A stretch of DNA of 64,000 nucleotides, taken from an uncultured delta proteobacterium (GTDB lineage Bacteria > Desulfobacterota > Binatia > UBA9968). Both the position numbers and the translations under genes were made by a program. Every line of letters begins with the position of its first letter. Within the stretch, counting starts at the first letter, position 1. This document shows positions 51,514 to 61,225 of the stretch, in pieces. The stretch spans positions 96,001 to 160,000 of the forward strand of contig CAWDPO010000024.1 of the NCBI GenBank assembly GCA_963804165.1, given 5' to 3'. The notes under the pieces are model-generated. The model made no database searches, had not been told where the DNA came from, and worked only from the letters and a program-made list of their open reading frames with translations.

Positions 51514-52479
51514 TTAGTCTCCCTTAACGTCCACATATTGAACGCGTCGTTCAGGTTCGTGCGATGGTTCCGGATGAGCACGCATTCTCCCGTTGGGGTA
51601 GTAGAACCGCTGCCTGAGCTGAGTGCCGATGGGACCACTTTGAGAAAAACCGCGATAGGTTCCCCAGAACTGCATGAAGCGGAACGAAAAAATGTTCGCC
51701 AGGTTGCGCGACAGCATTCCGTCCTGCCAGGCATGGTAACAGTCAGTCGCGGAGTTGGCAGAGAATAGGCGGGCGAAGTTCCACAAGTTGAAACGCTCGT
51801 GCGGAAAGACGTGCTTTAGAGCAATCGCTTCCCGCCGGTAACGGTTGTAAACACTCGTTGAAGTTTCGTCATGGACATGCACGATCTCGGCGTCGGCAAT
51901 GTAACTGATCTTGTGGCCTAGCTGCATGGCGCGCTTTGCCCAGTCAAGGTCTTCCAGACCCGTAAGGGTTTCGTCGTAGGGCAGCCGTTCCCATAGCGAA
52001 CGGCGGATTGCCGCGTTGGCATTGTTGCAGAAAGGATGATCCTGCTGCGGATTCGACTCCTTCGGGAACCATTTGGCGAAGATCTCATGCTCTGAAAACT
52101 TCGACGATTCGTTCCCCCTTTGCTTTCCGTAAACCAACGCGACTTGCGGGTTCGCAAAGGCAGCTATCAGACGCTCCAGCCAGTCCTTGTACACCGGATA
52201 GACGTGGGCGCTGGCGATCACGACGAGCTCTGCTTTGGCCGCCTCGCAACCTATATTGAGAGAACGGCCGAAGGAAAACTCCTCGGGACGAATGGAAAGG
52301 ATCTTAACCGGAAATCGTGATGCGACCGCAACCGTGGCATCGGTTGAACCCGAATCGACTACGATGATTTCCACATCTTTAATCGTTTGCTGCATGATCC
52401 CACTGAGGAGGCGACCGATGTGTTTCTCCTCGTTGTAACAGCGAATCACAATACTGCACAAAGCTTCCGCGGCCTTCAC
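51514..52479 (-). CDS. GT2-fold glycosyltransferase, DxD replaced by SAH
   Basis: SIVIRCYNEE, VDSGSTD, FSFGRSLNIG, IASAHVYP, NNANAAIR, GLEDLDWA. Confidence 0.9.
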   Translation of the reverse strand: MKAAEALCSIVIRCYNEEKHIGRLLSGIMQQTIKDVEIIVVDSGSTDATVAVASRFPVKILSIRPEEFSFGRSLNIGCEAAKAELVVIASAHVYPVYKDWLERLIAAFANPQVALVYGKQRGNESSKFSEHEIFAKWFPKESNPQQDHPFCNNANAAIRRSLWERLPYDETLTGLEDLDWAKRAMQLGHKISYIADAEIVHVHDETSTSVYNRYRREAIALKHVFPHERFNLWNFARLFSANSATDCYHAWQDGMLSRNLANIFSFRFMQFWGTYRGFSQSGPIGTQLRQRFYYPNGRMRAHPEPSHEPERRVQYVDVKGD

Positions 52480-53446
52480 GATAGCTCCCCCCGCGTGTTT
52501 CCTTGAAAAAGCAATCCCACCGTTTGATAGAGAAACCCGAACCAGTGAGCTATGAACTGCACTTCACCGAAGCGGCTCTCCTCTTTAATCATATTCCGTG
52601 CGAGCGTTCTCGGATGGACACACTGCGCGAGCAACCTCCGGTTAAGCTGCAGGGTTTGCTTCAGGAGCTGAGCGCGACCGGAGCTTCGGGCCATGAGAAT
52701 CGCTTCGGAACGGCCGTTCCCGTAGGCGCGATTATAAAAGTACTGTTTGGTCATACGATCCACAGGGACGTGATGCCGGACCACCGCCCGTGGCGTGTAG
52801 AAGACCAGCTTTCCCAGCTTGTGGATTCGCTCTTGAATCTCGGTGTCTTCATTGCCGAGCAAGAGCTGTCCTCGCCGTCCCCAGGTCCGTCGCAAAAGGA
52901 TCCGATCTCTGAGAACACTCTCTTCCTGAAGGAAAAATTCGTCCCAATGACTCTTTCCGGCCATTTCAGAGGTCGTTCGTCATCTCCCCATTCCACCAGG
53001 CTTAGACTGCGAAGCATCTTGTCTTGCAGCCATGCCGGTCGCTCTCCATCCCATATGGGCAAGACTTTCCCGCCGACCACCCAGGCATCCGCAACTTTAT
53101 CGTAGACGTCCAGCAGACAGCTAAGCCAATTTGGCTCGGCCACCGCGTCGTCATCCAGGAACGCTACGATGTCCGCCCGGGCCTTCCGGATACCCGTATT
53201 CCGCGCGTGCGAGAGCCCCTGCCGACTTTCCAAGACATAGTGAAGATGAAAACCGGCATCTCCTTGGTGTTTCCGGACAATCTCGGCCGTCCCATCCCTT
53301 GAGTTATTGTCGACAACGATGACTTCGCATTCTTCAGCCGAGAGCGTTTGATTGCGAAGGCTGTCGATGGCAGCCGGTAGAGTATCGGGACGCCGATAAG
53401 TGCAAATGACAGCGGACACGCGTGGGTTGCTATTCTTGATGGCCAT
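52476..53446 (-). CDS. GT2 glycosyltransferase, frameshift near 52895
   Basis: VICTYRR, VVDNNS, GLSHARN, AFLDDDA, GTNFSF, GNEDTE. Confidence 0.88.
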
Positions 53447-53652
53447 TGAATATCACCTTTACGAGTAACTAAAGCCTCGCGGCTACCAAACGCTTTAAGA
53501 AACTTTTAGCATCCGTGGTGCCGATGATTGAAAGGTTGAGAGGCCTTTATCCTCCTTGAACATCGATCCCACCTCAAGCACGCGGAGAGGCTCGGTCGCG
53601 AACACAGAAGACACGTGCTGTAAAGCCAGTAAAATCGTCTGCCCTCGAAAAT

Positions 53653-54866
53653 TCATAAGCTCAAGAACTCGGCTCCATTGCCATTGGTCTGTTTCGAAAC
53701 CATTACCGGAGATGCGGTTCTACCACATTGGGTTACAACGTCTTCATTTGCTGGGATTAAATCGGCCCATCTAAGAAACTGACCGGTCAAGGCCATCCCA
53801 CGCTCAAAACTGAATGCCGGTTCGTAACCAAGCAGACGGCGTGCTTTATCAATCTTCACTTGGCAACGAGTTCGGTAGAGCTTTAATTTCGATTCATCGG
53901 GAGGCCGGACGGTCTGCGCCTTCTTGGCGAGAAGCTTCAACACTGTAGACTGGATAAGTCCGTTGACATCGTGCGGCAAAAATCCGCGAGACTTTTCGTA
54001 AGCTCTCCGTAAAATCCGAGACTCCATCGCTGCGTCAATCACACGGCACTGGAAGGATGATAGGGTAGACGATACTCGCTCAGGCACATCCGATGAAATA
54101 GATGCCGTGCCATTTCTCCCTAACAACTTCTCAAAAGCAGCGTAAAATTCCCTCCACGTAATCGCGTGTCGGACCTGAAATCAGAAACGCCTCACCGACC
54201 GCATGCGGCTCGGTGCCGGCCAAAATCAACGCATCTACAACATCATCAATGTAGACGGGGTTGCAGACGCCATCACCTCCATCGACCAGTACCAAGCGTC
54301 CGTTTTTAATTTGCTCGACTACAGAAAGCGTCCAGGGTCGCGAAAAAGGGCCGTAAACAATGGTCGGCTGCACGACAACCAAAGGGAGTGCGTGCTGCCG
54401 ATGATAGGTCCACAGCAGCTCCTCTGCAGCAAACTTGGTTTGCGCGTAGATGTCAGCACCGGGAGATTTCGGAGAGCTCTCATCCAAAGTCTCCTGTAGC
54501 GGCCAGCCGTAGACATCAACCGTACTCACGTGCACGAGCCGAGCCCCGGTTTTCAAAGCAGCCTTGGCGATATTTTCCGTGCCGCCAACAGCGACGTGCT
54601 GGCGATTCTTACTGGGAGCCTTTGAAACCATAGGCACAGTGAAAAATCACCTCACAGCCTTTAGTCGCCTCGGTTACCGCGGAGCTGTCCGTAATATCCC
54701 CTCGCATCATTTCTAAGTCGAAACGAGCGATACGCGACGCGTGACTAAAGTCGCGCACCAGCACTCGAACATTCGCGTGTTGCTCGAGGACCAACTTCTC
54801 CACCAAACGCCCACCGATAAAGCCCGTAGCGCCGGTGACTAACACCTGCTTACCGCTCAGCTTCAT
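53653..54866 (-). CDS. NAD-dependent epimerase/dehydratase, frameshifted
   Basis: VLVTGATGFIG, FHCA, HVSTVDVYG, YAQTK, QPTIVYGP, KARRLLGYEP. Confidence 0.87.
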
Positions 54867-55901
54867 AGGACTGCTTCTTTCTCTTGGTAAGGAGTAACCC
54901 ATGGTAAATCCAGTTGTCGTCTTGTCGAATAGCATTTCTCAATCAAAGCAACAGAGCGGCAGGCTTCTGTCCCTGGTACTGCCACGGGCCGCTCGCCCCG
55001 AATTGCCGCCAACCAATCTTCCAGCTGAGGTCGAAAGAGATCGGAAAAACTTTGCGCAACTCCCTCCTTGGAGGCGTCGGCGACGCCTTTGCCCGACAGA
55101 CCGACACCTTTGTCTGGACAGTACAAGGCAACCCAATTTTTGCGAAGGTCAACCTCGATGGTAGCGTGCTCGCCGGTGATAATCGCTGTATTACGCAGCT
55201 TTCGTGTCCGGCTCAGCTCTACCACGCCTTTAGCGCCCGACTGCATCGCCAAATAGAGCTCACAATCAGCCTCCACACCCCCATAGCTGTCATCGTAGTA
55301 TTCCAGACCAGCCACTTCGCCTAACCACCACAACACCAAGTCAAGGGTATGCGCACCCGTATCCGCCAAAACGCCGCCACCTGCGGTCTTTCGTCGAAAG
55401 AAAAAATCAGATTGAACAGGCCAGTCGTAGACGCTGCCCTCGCGCACGTCGAATGCCTTAATTCGCCCAAGAACCCCTTGCTGCAACGCCCCGGAGACAA
55501 ACCGAGCACTATCCAAGAACCGTCGCATCAGACCCACAGCCAGAATAACCCCATCTCTCTTCTGCAGCCTCCAACATTGCTTGGCACTCCGCGGAAGACA
55601 TCGCCATCGGCTTTTCCACCAAGACATGGATGCCTCCCTTCATCAGCTCGCAACTGACGGGAGCATGCAAATGATGAGGCAACGCTATGATAGCTCCGTC
55701 GGCACGTTGCAAAGCCTCCCGATAATCGTCTGATACAGCGGGTACGCCGTGAACATCGGCCAATTGCTTGGCGCGATCCAGGTTGCTATCCACGAGAAGC
55801 GTAATCTCGCAGTTCGGCGTATCTACTGCAGCCGGCAAATGGCCCCGCTCCGCAGCCGCCCCACATCCGATAATGGCGACTCTAACGGTTCGTTGCGTCA
55901 T
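54863..55901 (-). CDS. Gfo/Idh/MocA oxidoreductase, frameshift near 55555
   Basis: VAIIGCGA, HVLVEKPMA, GGGVLADTGAH. Confidence 0.88.
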
Positions 55902-55923
55902 GAATTAGATGGAGACCTTTCCT

Positions 55924-55957
55924 TTCATGTCTTTGTTCGCTTCATGTCTTTGTTCGC
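55924..55957. repeat. Perfect 17-bp tandem duplication
   Basis: TTCATGTCTTTGTTCGC x2 (55924-55940, 55941-55957). Confidence 0.9.
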
Positions 55958-56041
55958 CAAAGTAAGCTTTGTTCAAAGTCTCGTAAACTTTCTCTTTGCG
56001 CATAGCCAAAAGAGTAACCCTCCGTCTCAATTTCCCCGATT

Positions 56042-56932
56042 TCAGACCACTCCTTCCACCACCCTTCGAAATTCAACGCGAGGAAACACTTCCAATTGGC
56101 CACCGACGGTCGCGTTGTAAATGACCCCGCCATGAGATTTGAAGAAGCGTTCGGCTTCTCTGTAACCTGTTTCCATCCGTTCGACTTGAGGATCGTGCCA
56201 GCGATACCCCGGTCCAAAATAATCTGGGTGAAAATGATTGAGATCGGCAGAGCGCGAAGTAATGACGATGCCTTTTACCTCGTCCACCTTTGCGGGCGGT
56301 TGATAATTATGATCGAAACCGATCAGGTACACCTCGCGAATGCCGAGATAGTACGCCAGTTGCAGGTTCAGAAAGCTCACTGTTCCACCCCAATAAGCAC
56401 ACCTCTCAAAGGCGGGAGAAAACTGCGGAAAACTGGGTGGACGCCGAATGAAATTGACATAGATTATTTCTTTGTCTCGGCACAGCCATTGTGAGAGATC
56501 GGAGGGAACAATCTTGGTTGTGCCGCCGTATTGGCAGATGGCTGCGGCCCGGTCCTCGGCCACGAGCGAGTCTTCCACAGTGTAAAAGGTAGGGCGAAAC
56601 CCGTTCTCCTGGGTCAACAGAAAAATCCCGTTCGAACCGATGGTAATTTCACCGGCAAGCTTCGTAACATCCGTCTGCCGCAAGCTCGGTCCATTTCCAA
56701 TAACAAAGGCGCGACGACCCGCATACCGGTTCTTCAAGCGCAGCAATTTGCGCTCATTATCCGTCAGTCCGACGCCTAGACCCGCCGCTCCAAAGCGAAC
56801 CTTTTGCAACGCGCGACGGCAACGGCCCGGAGCCATAAGCGACTTGACTACAGGGCGAGCCGCGCGTAGAAACCTTCTCGCTGGCGCAGTCGTTTCTAGT
56901 TTGGCCTCAGCAGTTGTCAACACTTTTACCAC
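56042..56932 (-). CDS. DUF115/Maf (GT42 sialyltransferase-like fold) protein
   Basis: AFVIGNGPSL, IGSN, GTVS..LQLAYYLG..EVYLIGFD, NHF, IYNAT. Confidence 0.8.
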   Translation of the reverse strand: MVKVLTTAEAKLETTAPARRFLRAARPVVKSLMAPGRCRRALQKVRFGAAGLGVGLTDNERKLLRLKNRYAGRRAFVIGNGPSLRQTDVTKLAGEITIGSNGIFLLTQENGFRPTFYTVEDSLVAEDRAAAICQYGGTTKIVPSDLSQWLCRDKEIIYVNFIRRPPSFPQFSPAFERCAYWGGTVSFLNLQLAYYLGIREVYLIGFDHNYQPPAKVDEVKGIVITSRSADLNHFHPDYFGPGYRWHDPQVERMETGYREAERFFKSHGGVIYNATVGGQLEVFPRVEFRRVVEGVV

Positions 56933-57704
56933 CGTCGGCGCAGGAAAGTGATCCCGTCTCCGTCACTGGTCGCCATGCTGAACACATCAAAGTCACCCGA
57001 TTGGGCTATCTCTTGCATAAGCCGTCTGAGCGCCATGATCTTGATGGTGTCGTGATACAGCATCATGCCTCGTGGCGACAACTTTTTAGAGAAGGTCTCG
57101 TAATCGTGTCGAGCTCCATCATAAGAATGATCTCCATCAATGAAGATTAGTTCACTTTCAGGCAATGGACTCGACCAGAGACGTGTCCTGGGAGCTACCA
57201 TGATAAAAACTCGTCTAAATGCGATAGCTTCGCCTGCTCTAAATGATCGCGCGTTAGGTCTATATTATACTGATCGATTTCCACGCAATGGAGGTGTCCG
57301 GAATCGCCGTTGTCGTGCAACGCCTGAGCCATGGAGACCGTCGAGGCGCCGTTGTAGGTCCCAACTTCAATAACGTTCCGTGGACAGCGCAAACGCATGA
57401 CGGAATAGAGTGCATGACCGGTCTCGCGCTCCGCACTCCACATAACCCGCTGCGGGCGCTCACCAGAATACGTTGAGTCTGTCCGACATCGCTGGGCTAC
57501 CTCGTTCACATGGGGGTGAGCGGGCAAAAAATCTTTGCCGTCGAAAAACCAAGCGAAGACATCCCCCAAGCTAACATTACTTATGGGCCGCGGCAGTGGA
57601 GACTCGCGATAAGTGTAGTCGTCCGCGTAAAGCTGTGGGGTTTTCGAAACGCGTTTAGGTTCCTTCTGGATCATCCAATTGTACGTATTCTTAAGAGCCT
57701 GCAT
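56926..57704 (-). CDS. Class I SAM-dependent methyltransferase (Methyltransf_24-like), frameshift near 57205
   Basis: VIEVGTYNGAS, LIFIDGDHSY, YHD. Confidence 0.82.
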
Positions 57705-57752
57705 TCGTTCTTTCCTCCATGTAGATTCCTTATGATCGAAGCTGTTCGTACG

Positions 57753-58941
57753 TTAATAACCGACCTTAACGAGAGCCTGTACAGAGTTAATTCTTTCTGT
57801 TCCGTTCCTCATGCTAATCATTTGTGTCAGTGCATTTCGGAATTCTTCTTCATCGATCCGATAATCATAGGGACTCCTTCCCAACTTGGACCGTGGCCTC
57901 ACTGATGTACTTTCACCGATGAGATACCCGTAATGGAACCCGGCGGCCTCCGAGAGCGTGTACATTATGGCGGAAACTTGATCCGATGGGATGAGTTCAA
58001 GCACTTTCGTACCCGGTTGGCACACGGCCAAATTTGCCAATCCCGACCCGGTCCCTCCCACGACAATTGCCGCCCGAGCGAAATAGTTAAGCGGATCTTC
58101 GTGCCGGGGAGGATCAAAGACCTCAAAGCCATGCTCTTTGAGAGTCTGAACTAGAATATTTCTCATTGATGATCCGGCGCGTAGTAGTACGCGGGATATA
58201 GAGCCGCAACTCAGGAGTGACTGGACTCGGCGCAAATGTCCGACGTAAGAAGTCAACTGCCCAACTCGGATAATTCCACCGTGTGCCGGGAAAGCTCGCG
58301 GCCAGAACGACATCCGCCTGAACAGCTATGTCATTAGTTGCTATGATCCACTTCTCGGGAGGAACGCCTAACTTTACCAGCATGCGTCGTGAATGTTCAT
58401 CCGGCGCTCCGAGGTAAAAGTAGTCGACATCGGACAGTGCGAACCCAGCTCTTCTAAAAAGGTCGAGACGACTTAGCCCGTGCAACAGGAAATGCCCATA
58501 GGTATATGACGCCCAGTCGCTCGCGAGTGATAGGCAGACCCCCTTTAACTTAACGATCGTGTAGGATCTGTTCGGAATTTCCATGTCGGACACATGTGCG
58601 CCATCCCAGGAATGGTCCGGCAACAAGTAGCCTTCCCGACTGACGACCCAACCGTGCCGCCCGACCAAATATCCATTCTCCAGCTCAAGAACCCCGAAGT
58701 CCGGGAATGCCGACTCTAACATCCACTCGAAATCAGCAACTCGTTGCCCGTAACGAATGGGCGGCTTACGGTCGACCGTGGTTCGACCGTAGACTTGATG
58801 CCAGCGGCCAGAAAATCTGCGGACATACTCTTGCGATTTGAGCGAGCGCCGAGGCACAACCATCCGCGTTCGAGACCAGCGGTTAAAGGCTGTGTACAAG
58901 AGATGCTTCTGCTCCCTCAAAAGCAATTCAATCCCGTTCAT
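57753..58941 (-). CDS. GT61/DUF563 glycosyltransferase, frameshift near 58165
   Basis: YGHFL, LYIPR..RRIINE, IVVGGTGSGLANL..C.PGTKVLEL. Confidence 0.82.
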
Positions 58942-58959
58942 CGCTGATTCTGCATGCCT

Positions 58960-59910
58960 TCAGATTCTGTCAGATTCATTCTCTTGTTCCGGACGCCCAT
59001 TGTGGCGCGCAGACATCAGGTAAGGTGCGTCTTTGGGGATGACGAGAAGGTCGCACCAGCCAAAGTCTCGTTTGTTGAGCGAGGTTATATGGCGCGTGAA
59101 CTCGGTGACGTCTTCCTTCACAAGCGGGTCCTTGAACAGTCTTCCCAAAACATCGCCCCGGAACCGCGTCCGCACGGGTTGCTCGACAACAACAAAATTA
59201 GTGACCAGAAACTCCAGCAACTCCTCAGGGCTGTTGCCCTGGGATTTTAGCCAATACGGGGCAAACTCGGTCGTGATCATCCAGTTTTTGTGTTGACAGA
59301 GATAATCCATCCCTCCGCGAAACACCTGGGTCTCGAACCCTTGCGTGTCAATTTTGATGAAGACATTGCCTCCATCGCATCGCTCTTGCAGGATGTTCGA
59401 AATCGTTACAGCGGGGACTTCGACTTTGGTCCAAGATTCGTTCTCTCCACGGACGCGGTTGTCTTGGCTGCCCGACGGATTCAGAGCGAATTCAACTGCG
59501 GAGGAAGCCACGTCGCTGCAAATTGCGCCAATCAAATTGTATCGTTCGACTCCATTCTTCTTCAGGTTGGTATGGATATAGGATTGCAAGCTCGGCGACG
59601 GTTCCACTAGGACCAGTTGAGCCTTTGGGAAACACTTCGCGAACACATTTGCGGTGAAACCATAGTTTGCTCCGATATCGACAACCAGTGAGGGATCGAG
59701 ACACTCTGCAATCTGATCGTAAAGATAATCCACGGCCATTTCGAAAGACGGTCGTGCGTCATATTGCAGGCCGCCAGGATCACTTCCATCCACGAGAAGC
59801 GAGATGCCGTGAATCGAGAGATTGACGTTTGAACGCACCGGCGCCGACTGGCCTATGCCTGGGAAGCGACATAACTTGCTACGCACTAGCCTAATCGTTT
59901 TCCGGAGCAT
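58960..59910 (-). CDS. FkbM-family methyltransferase
   Basis: VDIGANYG, VEP, FIKIDTQGFE, EFAP. Confidence 0.88.
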   Translation of the reverse strand: MLRKTIRLVRSKLCRFPGIGQSAPVRSNVNLSIHGISLLVDGSDPGGLQYDARPSFEMAVDYLYDQIAECLDPSLVVDIGANYGFTANVFAKCFPKAQLVLVEPSPSLQSYIHTNLKKNGVERYNLIGAICSDVASSAVEFALNPSGSQDNRVRGENESWTKVEVPAVTISNILQERCDGGNVFIKIDTQGFETQVFRGGMDYLCQHKNWMITTEFAPYWLKSQGNSPEELLEFLVTNFVVVEQPVRTRFRGDVLGRLFKDPLVKEDVTEFTRHITSLNKRDFGWCDLLVIPKDAPYLMSARHNGRPEQENESDRI

Positions 59911-59927
59911 GTCGTTAATCCCAGTGT

Positions 59928-61223
59928 CTATTGTGCGCCGAGTTGGTAATAACTTAGTCCGGCAACCGGTCCATCAACCTCGACTGCACATTGCTTCTCG
60001 GACCACAAAAACAGCGCGGGACTCGCAGATCCCAAGAGGTTTACTCCTAGCTTGTAACGGCCACGCTTTAAGTTAATCGGGCCGATGGTCTGCTTAAAAA
60101 CATAGTTGTTTCCGATGACTCGATTCGGAGCTACCGCCCCGCGGCTGTCGTATTCAGCAACCAAGGAGCCATCTTCAGCATAAAGGACTACGCGTATCCG
60201 GCAGGGGGCTAGAGCCTTCTCGGTCGAGCATTGCACTTGAACATCAAGCATGCCGCCCTTGGGCAGAGATTGCGGTTCAATGCTAACGGAGCCGGACTCG
60301 ATACCGTCGTCCAGTGACAGAAACGACTCGGTTCCATCGTCGGCTTCTGCGTTCAATTCAGCATAATGCTTTACCGCATTCTCGACGTCGCCCGAATACA
60401 ACATTGTCCCGCCCGCAAGGCACAGCGCCTTGTTACAGATGCGGGTTACCTGTTCCATGCTGTGGGTTACGAAGATGACCGCAGCGCCCCGCTGCAGTTT
60501 GTTGATACGGTTATAGCAACGGGCGCGAAACGCGGCGTCGCCCACGGCGAGCACTTCGTCGAGCAGCAGGATGTCAGGGTCAAGCGCTGTGGCCACTGCA
60601 AATCCCAACCGCACCTGCATGCCGGAGCTATAGCTCTGCACCGGACTATCGATAAACTTGCCGATTTCGGCAAAATCGATGATCTCATCCAGTTTCTGAT
60701 CGGTCTCTCGTTTGCTCAAGCCGAGCACGGAAGCATTGACATAAATGTTTTCACGCCCGGTCAGGATGGGGTTGAATCCCGCTCCCAGTGCGATCAACGC
60801 CCCGACGCTCCCGCGCATGGTGATCCGACCCTTGTCGGGCTTGATCAGGCCATTGAGCATTCGCAGCAGCGTTGTCTTGCCGGCGCCGTTGCGGCCAATC
60901 AATCCCAGGCACTCCCCGCGCTTCAGTTCAAATGAAACGTCGCTCACCGCCCAGAACTCGTCATGGCGAAGACCTTCCCCGGCCCGCCCGTTATCAGTCA
61001 TAGGAATATTGAATATTGCGGTTGGGGATTCCGTCGGGCTATTTGCATCCGGGGCACAACTTCCATTTCTGCCTGCTAACGAATAAGTTTTGACCGGTGA
61101 CCTATTCCCCCTGAAAGGATTTAGATCCGCAAGAATATCTTGCACGCCGTACCGCAGAGAGCGCTTGAGACTCGGGCAGAACTTTTTCGAGACCCCTTCG
61201 ACTTTAACTAGAACGTCGGACAT
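59928..61223 (-). CDS. wzt: Wzt-type polysaccharide ABC transporter ATPase with C-terminal domain (copy 1)
   Basis: MSDVLVKVEGVSKKF, GRNGAGKTT, LTGRENI, YSSGMQVRLGF, LDEVLAVGD, VTH; C-terminal beta domain. Confidence 0.93.
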   Translation of the reverse strand: MSDVLVKVEGVSKKFCPSLKRSLRYGVQDILADLNPFRGNRSPVKTYSLAGRNGSCAPDANSPTESPTAIFNIPMTDNGRAGEGLRHDEFWAVSDVSFELKRGECLGLIGRNGAGKTTLLRMLNGLIKPDKGRITMRGSVGALIALGAGFNPILTGRENIYVNASVLGLSKRETDQKLDEIIDFAEIGKFIDSPVQSYSSGMQVRLGFAVATALDPDILLLDEVLAVGDAAFRARCYNRINKLQRGAAVIFVTHSMEQVTRICNKALCLAGGTMLYSGDVENAVKHYAELNAEADDGTESFLSLDDGIESGSVSIEPQSLPKGGMLDVQVQCSTEKALAPCRIRVVLYAEDGSLVAEYDSRGAVAPNRVIGNNYVFKQTIGPINLKRGRYKLGVNLLGSASPALFLWSEKQCAVEVDGPVAGLSYYQLGAQ

Positions 61224-61225
61224 CG

